Origin: an uncultured Gammaproteobacteria bacterium | GTDB taxonomy: Bacteria > Patescibacteriota > Patescibacteriia > Magasanikbacterales > JBBTXJ01 | Assembly: GCA_964636345.1 (NCBI GenBank) | Contig: CAZWRL010000001.1 | Coordinates: 235 to 64,234 of the forward strand | Direction: 5' to 3' | DNA length: 64,000 nucleotides | Shown here: positions 27,925-36,112 of the stretch, piece by piece | Numbering within the stretch: position 1 is the first letter of the stretch | Layout: the number at the start of each line of letters is the position of its first letter | Made by a program: the position numbers and the translations under genes | Notes under the pieces: generated by a model | What the model saw: only the letters and a program-made list of their open reading frames with translations | What the model was told of the DNA's origin: nothing | Databases searched by the model: none

Positions 27925-28860
27925 TCACGTGAGGTTTTTATTTAGTCCAACACCCGCCATACCGGCAAGCGCGCCGGTTACAAGAAAAATCAATGTGTCT
28001 GTACTGGTGAAGATAAGCGGGGTTTCAAAAATAAATGGTTGTGGTAAGAGGACGTGAAGCGCTACAAAGATGACGCCAGCAAGTAGGCCAAGGATGAGCT
28101 GATATTTGCGTTCACCCCACCATTCAATAAGGAGCGCCGAGGCGCCAATGGCAAAGACGTACGGGAAGAGTGGCGCGACGGGATGCGGCGGGACGATGAT
28201 AAAGTCCGCGACGCGTTCAGTCCAGGTAATGGCGTAGAGGGCGAGGAAAATTGCCGCAACAGTTGCGGCGCCACCCGGTGTGATGCGACGCGCGGCGGCA
28301 AGACATGCAATAAACGGCAGGATAAATAACACCTCGGCCCACGGAGAAAAGAAGGTTGCGTACAGGCCAATGGGATCAACGGGATGCACAATAAACCAAA
28401 GCAGACCAAGTACCACCGAAAGTTGTGTAAGCGTCAAGAGTGGGAATTTGCCGGTATCGTGGTTTTTGATTAAACGAAAGAAACCCCACGCGCTGATGGC
28501 GCCGCCAATCAGTGCGATGAGGTGTGGCGGACTCCATACCGCAAACGGCGTACTTAAATTTTCAATGCCAAACGTGCGATGCCACCACTCATCAAAGGGC
28601 GCCGAGAGAAACGTGAGCACAAGACCACCGAGCGCAATGTTGAGGAGCGGGCGCAGAGCAGAATGTTTTTTCCACAACCAAAGTTGCAACACGGCAGCAA
28701 CAAGGAGCGCGGTGTAGAGAATGTTGTGTGGAGGAATAAAAAAACTGTCACGTCCCATGAATACGTGCCACCAATCGTCCCAGAATAAACCAATCAACAT
28801 GAAAAGGTAGACGATAACGATGCCGATGAGCGTTTTTTGATTGATGGTTTTTGTGGGCAT
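27925..28860 (-). CDS. Multi-pass membrane protein with duplicated DxxWH...PPH motif
   Basis: WDDWWHVFMGRDSFFIPPH and FDEWWHRTFG...WSPPH; many TM segments. Confidence 0.8.
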   Translation of the reverse strand: MPTKTINQKTLIGIVIVYLFMLIGLFWDDWWHVFMGRDSFFIPPHNILYTALLVAAVLQLWLWKKHSALRPLLNIALGGLVLTFLSAPFDEWWHRTFGIENLSTPFAVWSPPHLIALIGGAISAWGFFRLIKNHDTGKFPLLTLTQLSVVLGLLWFIVHPVDPIGLYATFFSPWAEVLFILPFIACLAAARRITPGGAATVAAIFLALYAITWTERVADFIIVPPHPVAPLFPYVFAIGASALLIEWWGERKYQLILGLLAGVIFVALHVLLPQPFIFETPLIFTSTDTLIFLVTGALAGMAGVGLNKNLT

Positions 28861-28943
28861 AGTGATCTTTAGTATACACGATATGTATTTGACAGGCGAA
28901 TGATGGTATGGTTAGCTTGAGATACACATTGGAGGAGGGAGCG

Positions 28944-29447
28944 GTGTCACAACCAAAGAATGAAGGTCGGGTAGACCTGATTCAGGGATTGACCGAGGGG
29001 CAGACGGATCGTTTGTTGCGCGGCTTGGTTCCGCGCATGGTTGCCGATGGTATGGTGTTCATCACGGAAGGTGATTTTACTGACAGCATGTTTCTCTTGC
29101 TTGATGGGCAGGTGCGTGTAGTTTCGCACGCTGGCACTCCCGCAGAAGTGCTGGTGGCACGACGTTCTGTCGGCTCGATGCTTGGAGAGGTGAATTTTGT
29201 GGCAGGTGGATCGCGCTCGGCATCAGTCATTGCTGAGGGTACAGTGCTCGTGCTTGAGTTCACGAAGGCCCATGTAGAGGCAGTCACGGGCGTGGATATG
29301 GGTCTTGCGAAGCAATTGGCGTGGAATCTTGCGCGCATCATGGCTGAACGGTTGCGCAATACCACCACACAACTCTGGGATGCGCAGTCAACGCATGATT
29401 TGACTATTCACGCGTTTCGGCGTTTGCAGGCGGCCACGAGGCGCTAG
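28944..29447 (+). CDS. Stand-alone cyclic nucleotide-binding domain protein
   Basis: EGD..DSMFLLLDG.V, LGE...GGSRSASV, C-helix ending ERLR; no HTH; GGAGG RBS. Confidence 0.88.
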   Translation: MSQPKNEGRVDLIQGLTEGQTDRLLRGLVPRMVADGMVFITEGDFTDSMFLLLDGQVRVVSHAGTPAEVLVARRSVGSMLGEVNFVAGGSRSASVIAEGTVLVLEFTKAHVEAVTGVDMGLAKQLAWNLARIMAERLRNTTTQLWDAQSTHDLTIHAFRRLQAATRR

Positions 29448-29534
29448 AAGTACACCCCGACTTCCATCGGGGTTTTTTATTTCTCGCGCGTATGGTATAC
29501 TACATGTAGTTTGTTAATTTAACAATTATCGCCT

Positions 29535-29963
29535 ATGCGTATACGATCATCGGCAACCGTTGGTTTCGCAACGGTGGGTATGCTCCTTCTCTTAGGAGCA
29601 GGATGTTCAGCGTCAGTGGGCACTGGTAGCGCGGCTCCGGAAGTTGGAGCGCGCGTTTTGGCTCCTGATAATGGGAGCGTCTGGTGGGAGGGTACCATCG
29701 ATCAGGTTGATGGTACGATTTATACGGTGAAATTTAACGCGGATGATAAAATTGTTGCGCGGCCGCTCACGAATATCGCACCGTATCCGGCTGGCGCGCT
29801 TGCGGTTGAGGTTGGCGATGCGGTTGTTGGGGAATGGACAAGCGGAACGTTCTATGCGGGAACGGTGGCGGCTATTTCGGGTAATCTCGCAACGGTCGCG
29901 TGGGATGATGGCAGTGCACCATCCGAAGTAGCGACCAATCGGCTCACCAAGACCTTCAAATAA
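29535..29963 (+). CDS. Putative lipoprotein with tandem Tudor/SH3-like repeats
   Basis: LGAG-C lipobox; two repeats VG..V.....W/FY.GT......V.(F/W).D. Confidence 0.75.
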   Translation: MRIRSSATVGFATVGMLLLLGAGCSASVGTGSAAPEVGARVLAPDNGSVWWEGTIDQVDGTIYTVKFNADDKIVARPLTNIAPYPAGALAVEVGDAVVGEWTSGTFYAGTVAAISGNLATVAWDDGSAPSEVATNRLTKTFK

Positions 29964-30029
29964 TAGTGACGTAAGAAGACCCGCTCGCGGGTCTTCTTCT
30001 TGCCACATGATTTTGTTATACTTGGTGGT

Positions 30030-30491
30030 ATGAGTACGCAAAATCGTCGCAAAGAAAAAGATGTCGTTGATTTTTTATTAGAGCAGGCGGGCGAGAGCGC
30101 GCGTGTCTACACCACGCCGGGTGACGAAGAGGCGGAGGAGACGGAGGCGCATGAGCCGGAGGGTCAACTGGCCGTTGATATTATTGATACCGACGACAGT
30201 TTGGTGGTGGTGGCAACGGTTGCTGGCGCGAGCCCGGAAGAGATCAGCGTGTATGTGCACAATGATTTGTTGACCATTCGTGGCCGGCGCGCGTTACCCG
30301 TTTCCGTGTCAGAGAACGCGTTTATTCATCGCGAATGTTTTTGGGGGCGTTTTTCACGCACCATCATTTTACCGCTTGATGTCCGCGCTGATGGAGTGCG
30401 AGCGGTGTACAAAAGCGGCGTACTGGTGGTATCGTTGCCGAAAGAAAAACGCGAATCGCGCGTTCCCATTACGGTAGTGGATGAAGGATGA
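30030..30491 (+). CDS. Hsp20/alpha-crystallin protein
   Basis: GQLAVD, LTIRG.R, ECFWG.FSR.I.LP, A.YK.GVL.V.LPK. Confidence 0.92.
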   Translation: MSTQNRRKEKDVVDFLLEQAGESARVYTTPGDEEAEETEAHEPEGQLAVDIIDTDDSLVVVATVAGASPEEISVYVHNDLLTIRGRRALPVSVSENAFIHRECFWGRFSRTIILPLDVRADGVRAVYKSGVLVVSLPKEKRESRVPITVVDEG

Positions 30492-30492
30492 T

Positions 30493-32475
30493 ATGAGTGA
30501 GGAGCAAACACATCACCGAAAACGGTTGATTACTATACTCGTCGTCGTGGGAGTGTTGTGGTTGCTCGCGATGAGCCGCGCGGTGTACGCATTCCAAGAT
30601 AAAAAGGTGATCTATGATGGCGTGAAAATTGGCGCGCAGGATTTTTCCGGTTTAACGTCCGCGCAGGCAAAAGAAAAAATACTCGCGTTTGAATCACGCA
30701 TGTCGGTGCAGGGATTATCTTTTTCTTATCGCACTGCGCGGGACGAGGAACGGCAAGCGGTGATTTATCCAGTGGTGTTTCGGAGTGATGGCACGGATTC
30801 ACGGGATATTATTGATATTGATGTAGAGGCAACGGTTGATGCGCTTTGGGCGGTGGGACGCACGGGAACGATGGTGCGCAAGGTGGGCGAGCGTATCGCC
30901 AGCCAGTGGTATGGGCGCACGGTACCGGCGGCGGTGCAGGTTGATCGCGTGCTGTTTCGTGATGTGGTGCGACTTAATCTTGCTTCCGATGAACAAGCGG
31001 CACGCGATGCGAGGGTAGCGTATGAGCAGGGTGTTTTTAGAATAGAACCTGACGCGACGGGTGTGGCATATACCGTTGATCGGGGGCTTGACGATGCGGT
31101 GGATCTTATTCGTCGTCTTGAGTTGCGACCCATTGCTGTTGATCGAACCATTGATAAGCCAACAATTACCGCCGCGGCGCTTGAGCCATTGGTTTCATTT
31201 CTCGCGCCGGTGACCGCGGACGATATTACGGTGACGTACGAAGATCCTCACAAAAAAGAGAAATTATCGTGGACGCTTGAGCATGAGAAAGTTGCGGCGT
31301 TTCTTAACGTCACACGGCATGAACAGACAGGGCTCACCCTTGGTTTGTCTGAAGAGCCGCTGCGTGCGTGGATTAAAGAAACCATTGGTCCGCGGGTTGA
31401 AGTGGAAGCACGCGATGCCAAATTTAAAATTGAGGGTGAACGCGTGATTGAGTTTCAATCAAGTCGCACCGGCGTCCGCATTGATACTCCCGCGCTTGAA
31501 GGCGCGCTTTCGCAGGTGGTAGCGGCGCGTTTTGATCGGCTCGCGCGTGGCGAGAGCGGACCCTTTTCACCGGAGCAACGTGTGGTATCACTCACGGTAG
31601 AGACGGCGGAGCCAAAGATTAAAACCGGAGATATCAACAATTTGGGGATTCAGGAAATTTTGGGTATTGGCACGTCCAGTTGGCGCGGGAGCTCAGCCAA
31701 TCGCATTAAAAATATTCGGAACGGCATGAATAAATTAAATGGTTTGCTCATTAAGCCGGGTGAGGAGTTTTCATTACTCGCCGCGCTTCGACCATTTACC
31801 TCCGAGGGTGGGTATTTGCCGGAACTCGTGATCAAGGGGGATAAAATTGAACCGGAAATCGGCGGCGGATTATGCCAAATTGGCACCACGTCATTTCGTA
31901 TGGCCATGAATAGCGGAATGCCCATTACGAGACGAATCAATCACGGTTTGGTGGTTACCTATTATAATGATCCGACGAACGGCAATCCAGGAACGGACGC
32001 AACCATTTATGATCCTGCGCCGGATTTTCGTTTTTTGAATGATACAGGACACTATCTTTTGTGGACGACACACATGGATTCTGGGGCCGGGAAATTGGAG
32101 TTCACCTTGTGGGGAACGTCTGATGGGCGTAAGGGCTCATACAGCGCGCCCGTGGTGCATAATTGGATTGCGACCGGCCCCATGAAGGAAATTGAAACAA
32201 CTGATTTGAAACCAGGTGTACGCAAGTGTCAAAGTAGACATCCGGGCGCGGTGGCCTCATTTACCTACACGGTTGATTTACCAAACGGTGAAAAGAAGGA
32301 AACGCTGTATAAAAGTTATTATCGGCCATTACCGGAAATTTGCAGCATTGGTGTTGAAAAGAAGACAGAGGGTGAACCGATACTGTCTGCCGATGGCGTG
32401 CCAACGGAAGGCGCACCTGCTGATGCTCAGGTTGCTGATACGCCGCCCATTTCAGTTGACGATCTTGCCGGATGA
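30493..32475 (+). CDS. VanW family protein with PG-binding/YoaR repeats
   Basis: NR..NI, PGEEFS, GGGLCQ..TT.FR, G.DATIY, DFRF.NDT. Confidence 0.9.
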   Translation: MSEEQTHHRKRLITILVVVGVLWLLAMSRAVYAFQDKKVIYDGVKIGAQDFSGLTSAQAKEKILAFESRMSVQGLSFSYRTARDEERQAVIYPVVFRSDGTDSRDIIDIDVEATVDALWAVGRTGTMVRKVGERIASQWYGRTVPAAVQVDRVLFRDVVRLNLASDEQAARDARVAYEQGVFRIEPDATGVAYTVDRGLDDAVDLIRRLELRPIAVDRTIDKPTITAAALEPLVSFLAPVTADDITVTYEDPHKKEKLSWTLEHEKVAAFLNVTRHEQTGLTLGLSEEPLRAWIKETIGPRVEVEARDAKFKIEGERVIEFQSSRTGVRIDTPALEGALSQVVAARFDRLARGESGPFSPEQRVVSLTVETAEPKIKTGDINNLGIQEILGIGTSSWRGSSANRIKNIRNGMNKLNGLLIKPGEEFSLLAALRPFTSEGGYLPELVIKGDKIEPEIGGGLCQIGTTSFRMAMNSGMPITRRINHGLVVTYYNDPTNGNPGTDATIYDPAPDFRFLNDTGHYLLWTTHMDSGAGKLEFTLWGTSDGRKGSYSAPVVHNWIATGPMKEIETTDLKPGVRKCQSRHPGAVASFTYTVDLPNGEKKETLYKSYYRPLPEICSIGVEKKTEGEPILSADGVPTEGAPADAQVADTPPISVDDLAG

Positions 32476-32506
32476 TTTTATTTAATTTCAGCCAAAAAAT
32501 ACCCTC

Positions 32507-32536
32507 TTGACAAGAGGTATTTTATTGTGGTATGGT
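32507..32536 (+). promoter_or_regulatory. Promoter with an inverted repeat over the -35 box
   Basis: TTGACA-N18-TATGGT with extended TG; cctcttg-a-caagagg palindrome. Confidence 0.55.
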
Positions 32537-32539
32537 GTA

Positions 32540-32690
32540 GTTTCGCTCGTGCGAAGAAGTGGCCATTCATCCGTAGTCACGACAAGCATGGAGACACCTT
32601 GTGGGGTATTGCTGGCCTCCGGGCTCGCACGCTACTTCAAGGTGTCTTCTTGACTACGGGTTCTGTGGTTATTTCTGCAACACAGGAAAC
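32540..32690 (+). ncRNA. Candidate rod-shaped structured ncRNA
   Basis: Three stacked 11-12 bp helices with G-U pairs, cUCCGg apical loop, own promoter and terminator. Confidence 0.6.
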
Positions 32691-32695
32691 ACATC

Positions 32696-32728
32696 ACCAC
32701 CCCGGCTCTGCCGGGGTGGTTTGTTTTT
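32696..32728 (+). terminator. Intrinsic terminator
   Basis: accaccccggc-tct-gccggggtggt followed by ttgttttt. Confidence 0.85.
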
Positions 32729-32771
32729 CAGAGTTGCGGGAAACGAAGGGAGTGTATATAGTGGTATCGCT

Positions 32772-34469
32772 ATGAAGAAGATAATAGTTATTCTTTTTTT
32801 GTTTCTCCTCTTTCTTCCGTATTTTGGGCGCCCCTTCGCGCTAAATTTGAATCCGGATATGGGACTACAGCTCATGGATGTGTTCCGTATGGTGGATGCG
32901 CGATGGAGTTTTGCGCTTGACCCAAGCGCCGCGTACGCCAATCCACTGGTGCAGATGCTCGTGGATTTTCACGGCGTCTTTCGTCAGCTCATTTACTTTC
33001 CCATTTTTTATATTTTGGATTTGTTTGGCATGGGGATCCGCGAGGCCACCGTGTATGGAACACTCCTTATCGTAGGCGTCGCCCTCACATACCTTAATTA
33101 TATTTTTGCGCGCGTGATAGCAGGGGAGAAAAAAGCGTTTTGGTTTACCGCGCTCCTTTCGGTTATTCCTTTTTATGTGTTGCAAGTGAAAGGCGGGTGG
33201 TGGCATGTGTTTGTGTATCCGTTGCTTTTGGCAGGGCTCGCGGCGGAACACAAATTTTTAACGACCAGAGCCCGGCGATGGTACGCCTGGTTTTGCATCG
33301 CCGCTTCCGCGTATCTGTTAGCCGATACCGGTTTTGTCTTTGGCGGCTTATTGTTTGTGGTATACGCAGTGATATTTTTTTGGCAGGGGAGTAATCTGCG
33401 TGCGGTGCCCGCACATTTGTGGCGGGCCGTACGGAGTCCGTGGACGTTTCTTCCGCTTTTCGTGCTCGCTGGCTCGTTTGTTGTAACGTACATCGGAAAA
33501 ACGCGTTTCGGCGCTGAATTTGGCATCATGGCGCGTTTCTTGGAAAAAGGCGGGCATGTCGGATTTTCTGGGTTCGGTGTTCTCCCGCATTTTATCAGTC
33601 AAGGAATGGGGCTTACGGGTTTTATTCTTTTCCCCGTAATTCTTGCGACCGCTTGTTGGTTTTTGATGCGCGTTTGGCGACAAGAGCGCGATTCGTTACT
33701 TTTAACCTGTATCACTTATTTTTTTGTTACGTTTGTTCTGTTGCTTTTTGCCGGCGGATCAGGCGCGGCGGTGTATGAGTTGTATATTCCTGGTTTGCTA
33801 TTGCTGGTATACGCTTTTTCTCGGCTCAAAAAAGCATGGATACAAAATGTGTTCATGACAGGCATTGCGGCAGTGACGATGATGCAAACGGTGGCATATA
33901 ATTTTGAAATACATCCTCCGCAGTTTCTTGCTCGTTCGTATTCATTCATTCGCCCAAACGATGCCTGTACGGCACTTTGGTGTCCGTGGCATTTTGCAGA
34001 GCCCAAAAATTTAGGCATTACCACGGCCGCATTTGTGTTACGAGATTATCTCGGCATCACGCCGGTTCTCTTTACCTCCATGCAGGAGAATTTTTACGAA
34101 AAACCAAAAGAGATATTTTTTTATAGCAACTACGGGCAAGGGCCGTCCATGAGCATCGGCCGGCGGATTAGTTATGAGGTGAAGGATGTTGCGTCGGCAC
34201 GGATAATACTCGTGTTTGCGCCAGAAGTTTCCGCGCATGCGCCGGGAGCTGTAGAGAAAGAGAAAAATCAGGCAGTGTTGGATTTTCTCGCGGCTCATCC
34301 GGAATATAGAGAAGTGGCAATCGTAACACAGGACGGCGTGGAAATGATAAAAATTTTTGAGCGCGATTCAGCGCGCGCACCACGCGTGTTCTCGGTAGAG
34401 GAATACGATGCCAAGTTCAACGCGCGCTACGGGCATTTGCGGGATATTGGGTTTATTGATTTGGGGTAA
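32772..34469 (+). CDS. Integral membrane protein, probable GT-C (ArnT/PMT-like) glycosyltransferase
   Basis: Many TM helices plus a C-terminal soluble domain; borders the glycan locus. Confidence 0.6.
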   Translation: MKKIIVILFLFLLFLPYFGRPFALNLNPDMGLQLMDVFRMVDARWSFALDPSAAYANPLVQMLVDFHGVFRQLIYFPIFYILDLFGMGIREATVYGTLLIVGVALTYLNYIFARVIAGEKKAFWFTALLSVIPFYVLQVKGGWWHVFVYPLLLAGLAAEHKFLTTRARRWYAWFCIAASAYLLADTGFVFGGLLFVVYAVIFFWQGSNLRAVPAHLWRAVRSPWTFLPLFVLAGSFVVTYIGKTRFGAEFGIMARFLEKGGHVGFSGFGVLPHFISQGMGLTGFILFPVILATACWFLMRVWRQERDSLLLTCITYFFVTFVLLLFAGGSGAAVYELYIPGLLLLVYAFSRLKKAWIQNVFMTGIAAVTMMQTVAYNFEIHPPQFLARSYSFIRPNDACTALWCPWHFAEPKNLGITTAAFVLRDYLGITPVLFTSMQENFYEKPKEIFFYSNYGQGPSMSIGRRISYEVKDVASARIILVFAPEVSAHAPGAVEKEKNQAVLDFLAAHPEYREVAIVTQDGVEMIKIFERDSARAPRVFSVEEYDAKFNARYGHLRDIGFIDLG

Positions 34470-34513
34470 TAACGCCATAGGTTGCCCTCTATACCATAGG
34501 ATGATAATATGCT

Positions 34514-35257
34514 ATGTATATGCCAGCTAAATTTATTTTTTCCGAGGATTGGAGCACCGCGAACCGTGCACAGTCCTGGTTAAAGGAGGTTGAACAATAT
34601 GGTAAGAATTCCTATGTTTTGGGTATACTGAATTTAATAGAGGGGTGCAAACCTCGCAGGGTTTTTGATGTTGGGTGTGGCAATGGATTTCCCTTTGCGA
34701 GTAGTTTACTAGAAAAAAACATTGAGGTACATGGTTGCGATCCCTCTCTCTCTCTCTTAAAAGAAGCAACACGGCAGTATCCAGCGCTTCGGTGGTATCA
34801 CACGGGTTACGAGCACATGGTAGAAAAAATTAATGGCGCACGTTACGATGTGGTGTATTGTTTGCGTAGTACGTGGTTATTCCCCAATATTATTTCCGCG
34901 CTTGGGAATATGCTTGAAATTACAAAACCCGGTGGTATAATAATTTTTGATATTATGAATAGTGATTCTCCAGAGATTAGTAAGTTTATAAAAACAATGA
35001 GAAAGAAAAAATATCGTACGTTTTTTAAAAATATTGTTAAACTTGTCCTCAATACAGTAGTGCGTACCAGCTATTCCTATGCTAGTGGCATAGATAAAAA
35101 TTATCCCGTTTCACCAAATCAGGTAGATACCTTTTTGATAAGAAAAAAATTCTTATTTAAGAAGTTTACTTTTAGTCAGATGTCGGGAGAAAATACCAGT
35201 TATGATCCGCTGGCATTTAGGATTTTATATTGCGTACAAGTTCCCGAGAATATTTAA
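34514..35257 (+). CDS. Class I SAM-dependent methyltransferase (AT-rich)
   Basis: VFDVGCGNG, GCD.S, YDVV, KPGG. Confidence 0.85.
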   Translation: MYMPAKFIFSEDWSTANRAQSWLKEVEQYGKNSYVLGILNLIEGCKPRRVFDVGCGNGFPFASSLLEKNIEVHGCDPSLSLLKEATRQYPALRWYHTGYEHMVEKINGARYDVVYCLRSTWLFPNIISALGNMLEITKPGGIIIFDIMNSDSPEISKFIKTMRKKKYRTFFKNIVKLVLNTVVRTSYSYASGIDKNYPVSPNQVDTFLIRKKFLFKKFTFSQMSGENTSYDPLAFRILYCVQVPENI

Positions 35258-36108
35258 CCCCGCACAATCTTTTCCGCCTCTTCCGGTTTTATTTCGTAGA
35301 AGTGTTCGGGTTTGGGGAAGGCGCCCGTGCGCACGTCTTCAACATACGCGCGGAGCGCGAGTGAAATGAGTTGTCCGGCTTCGCAATAACGCTTGACGAA
35401 TTTTGGTTTGAATTGTTCAAACAAGCCAATCATGTCATGGATGATGACGAGTTGACCATCTACGTGGTCACCAGCGCCAATGCCGTAGACGGGTATTCTT
35501 AATTTTCCAGCAATCATGCCTCCGGATTCCGCCGGCATCGCTTCCAACAGCAAGAAATGTGCGCCTGCTTCTTCCAAGGCAAGTGCATCTTCCAAAAGCG
35601 CATCATAACTTTCTTTGGTTTTTCCTTGTACGCGGTAGCCGCCAAATTGCGCCATGTTTTGCGGGGTCAAACCGAGATGTCCCATCACCACAAAACCAGC
35701 ATCAACCATGGCGCGCACGCGGGACGCAACGCGTCGGCCGCCTTCACATTTCACCGCGTCACAGCCCGCTTCTTGAATAAACCGTCCGGCGTTCCGAATG
35801 GCGGTTTCCTCAGACGGTTGATAGCTCATAAAAGGCATGTCGCCCACAATAAACGCGCCTTTGCCTGCGGCGCGCACCACGGCTTTTGAGTGGCTGATCA
35901 TTTCATCCATCGTGACCGGGATGGTGGTTTCATAGCCGAGTGTTGTCATACCGAGTGAATCGCCAACCAAAATCATGTCCACACCCGCGCGGTTCGCCAA
36001 AAGCGCGAGCGGATAATCATACGCGGTGATGTACACCACTTTTTCGCCCTTTTTCTTTTTATCCAGGAGGGTGAGAAGGTTTATTTTTTTGCGTTCTTCA
36101 GTAGACAT
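35254..36108 (-). CDS. panB: Ketopantoate hydroxymethyltransferase
   Basis: TAYDY, LVGDSLG, DMPFMSY, VK.EGG, GHLGLTPQ, GIGAG..VDGQ. Confidence 0.95.
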   Translation of the reverse strand: MSTEERKKINLLTLLDKKKKGEKVVYITAYDYPLALLANRAGVDMILVGDSLGMTTLGYETTIPVTMDEMISHSKAVVRAAGKGAFIVGDMPFMSYQPSEETAIRNAGRFIQEAGCDAVKCEGGRRVASRVRAMVDAGFVVMGHLGLTPQNMAQFGGYRVQGKTKESYDALLEDALALEEAGAHFLLLEAMPAESGGMIAGKLRIPVYGIGAGDHVDGQLVIIHDMIGLFEQFKPKFVKRYCEAGQLISLALRAYVEDVRTGAFPKPEHFYEIKPEEAEKIVRG

Positions 36109-36112
36109 ATAG

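Noticed and set aside
25621-29447. tRNA-integrated island or canonical Pycsar system
   Set aside because: The genes lie at the 5' side of the tRNA, with no integrase or att duplication seen. The receptor has no TIR or TM effector and is not in an operon with the cyclase.
32527-32775. ORF with LysM-like KHGDTLWGIA
   Set aside because: The rest of LysM is absent, the start lies in the -10 region and the ORF crosses a terminator. RNA structure explains the region better.
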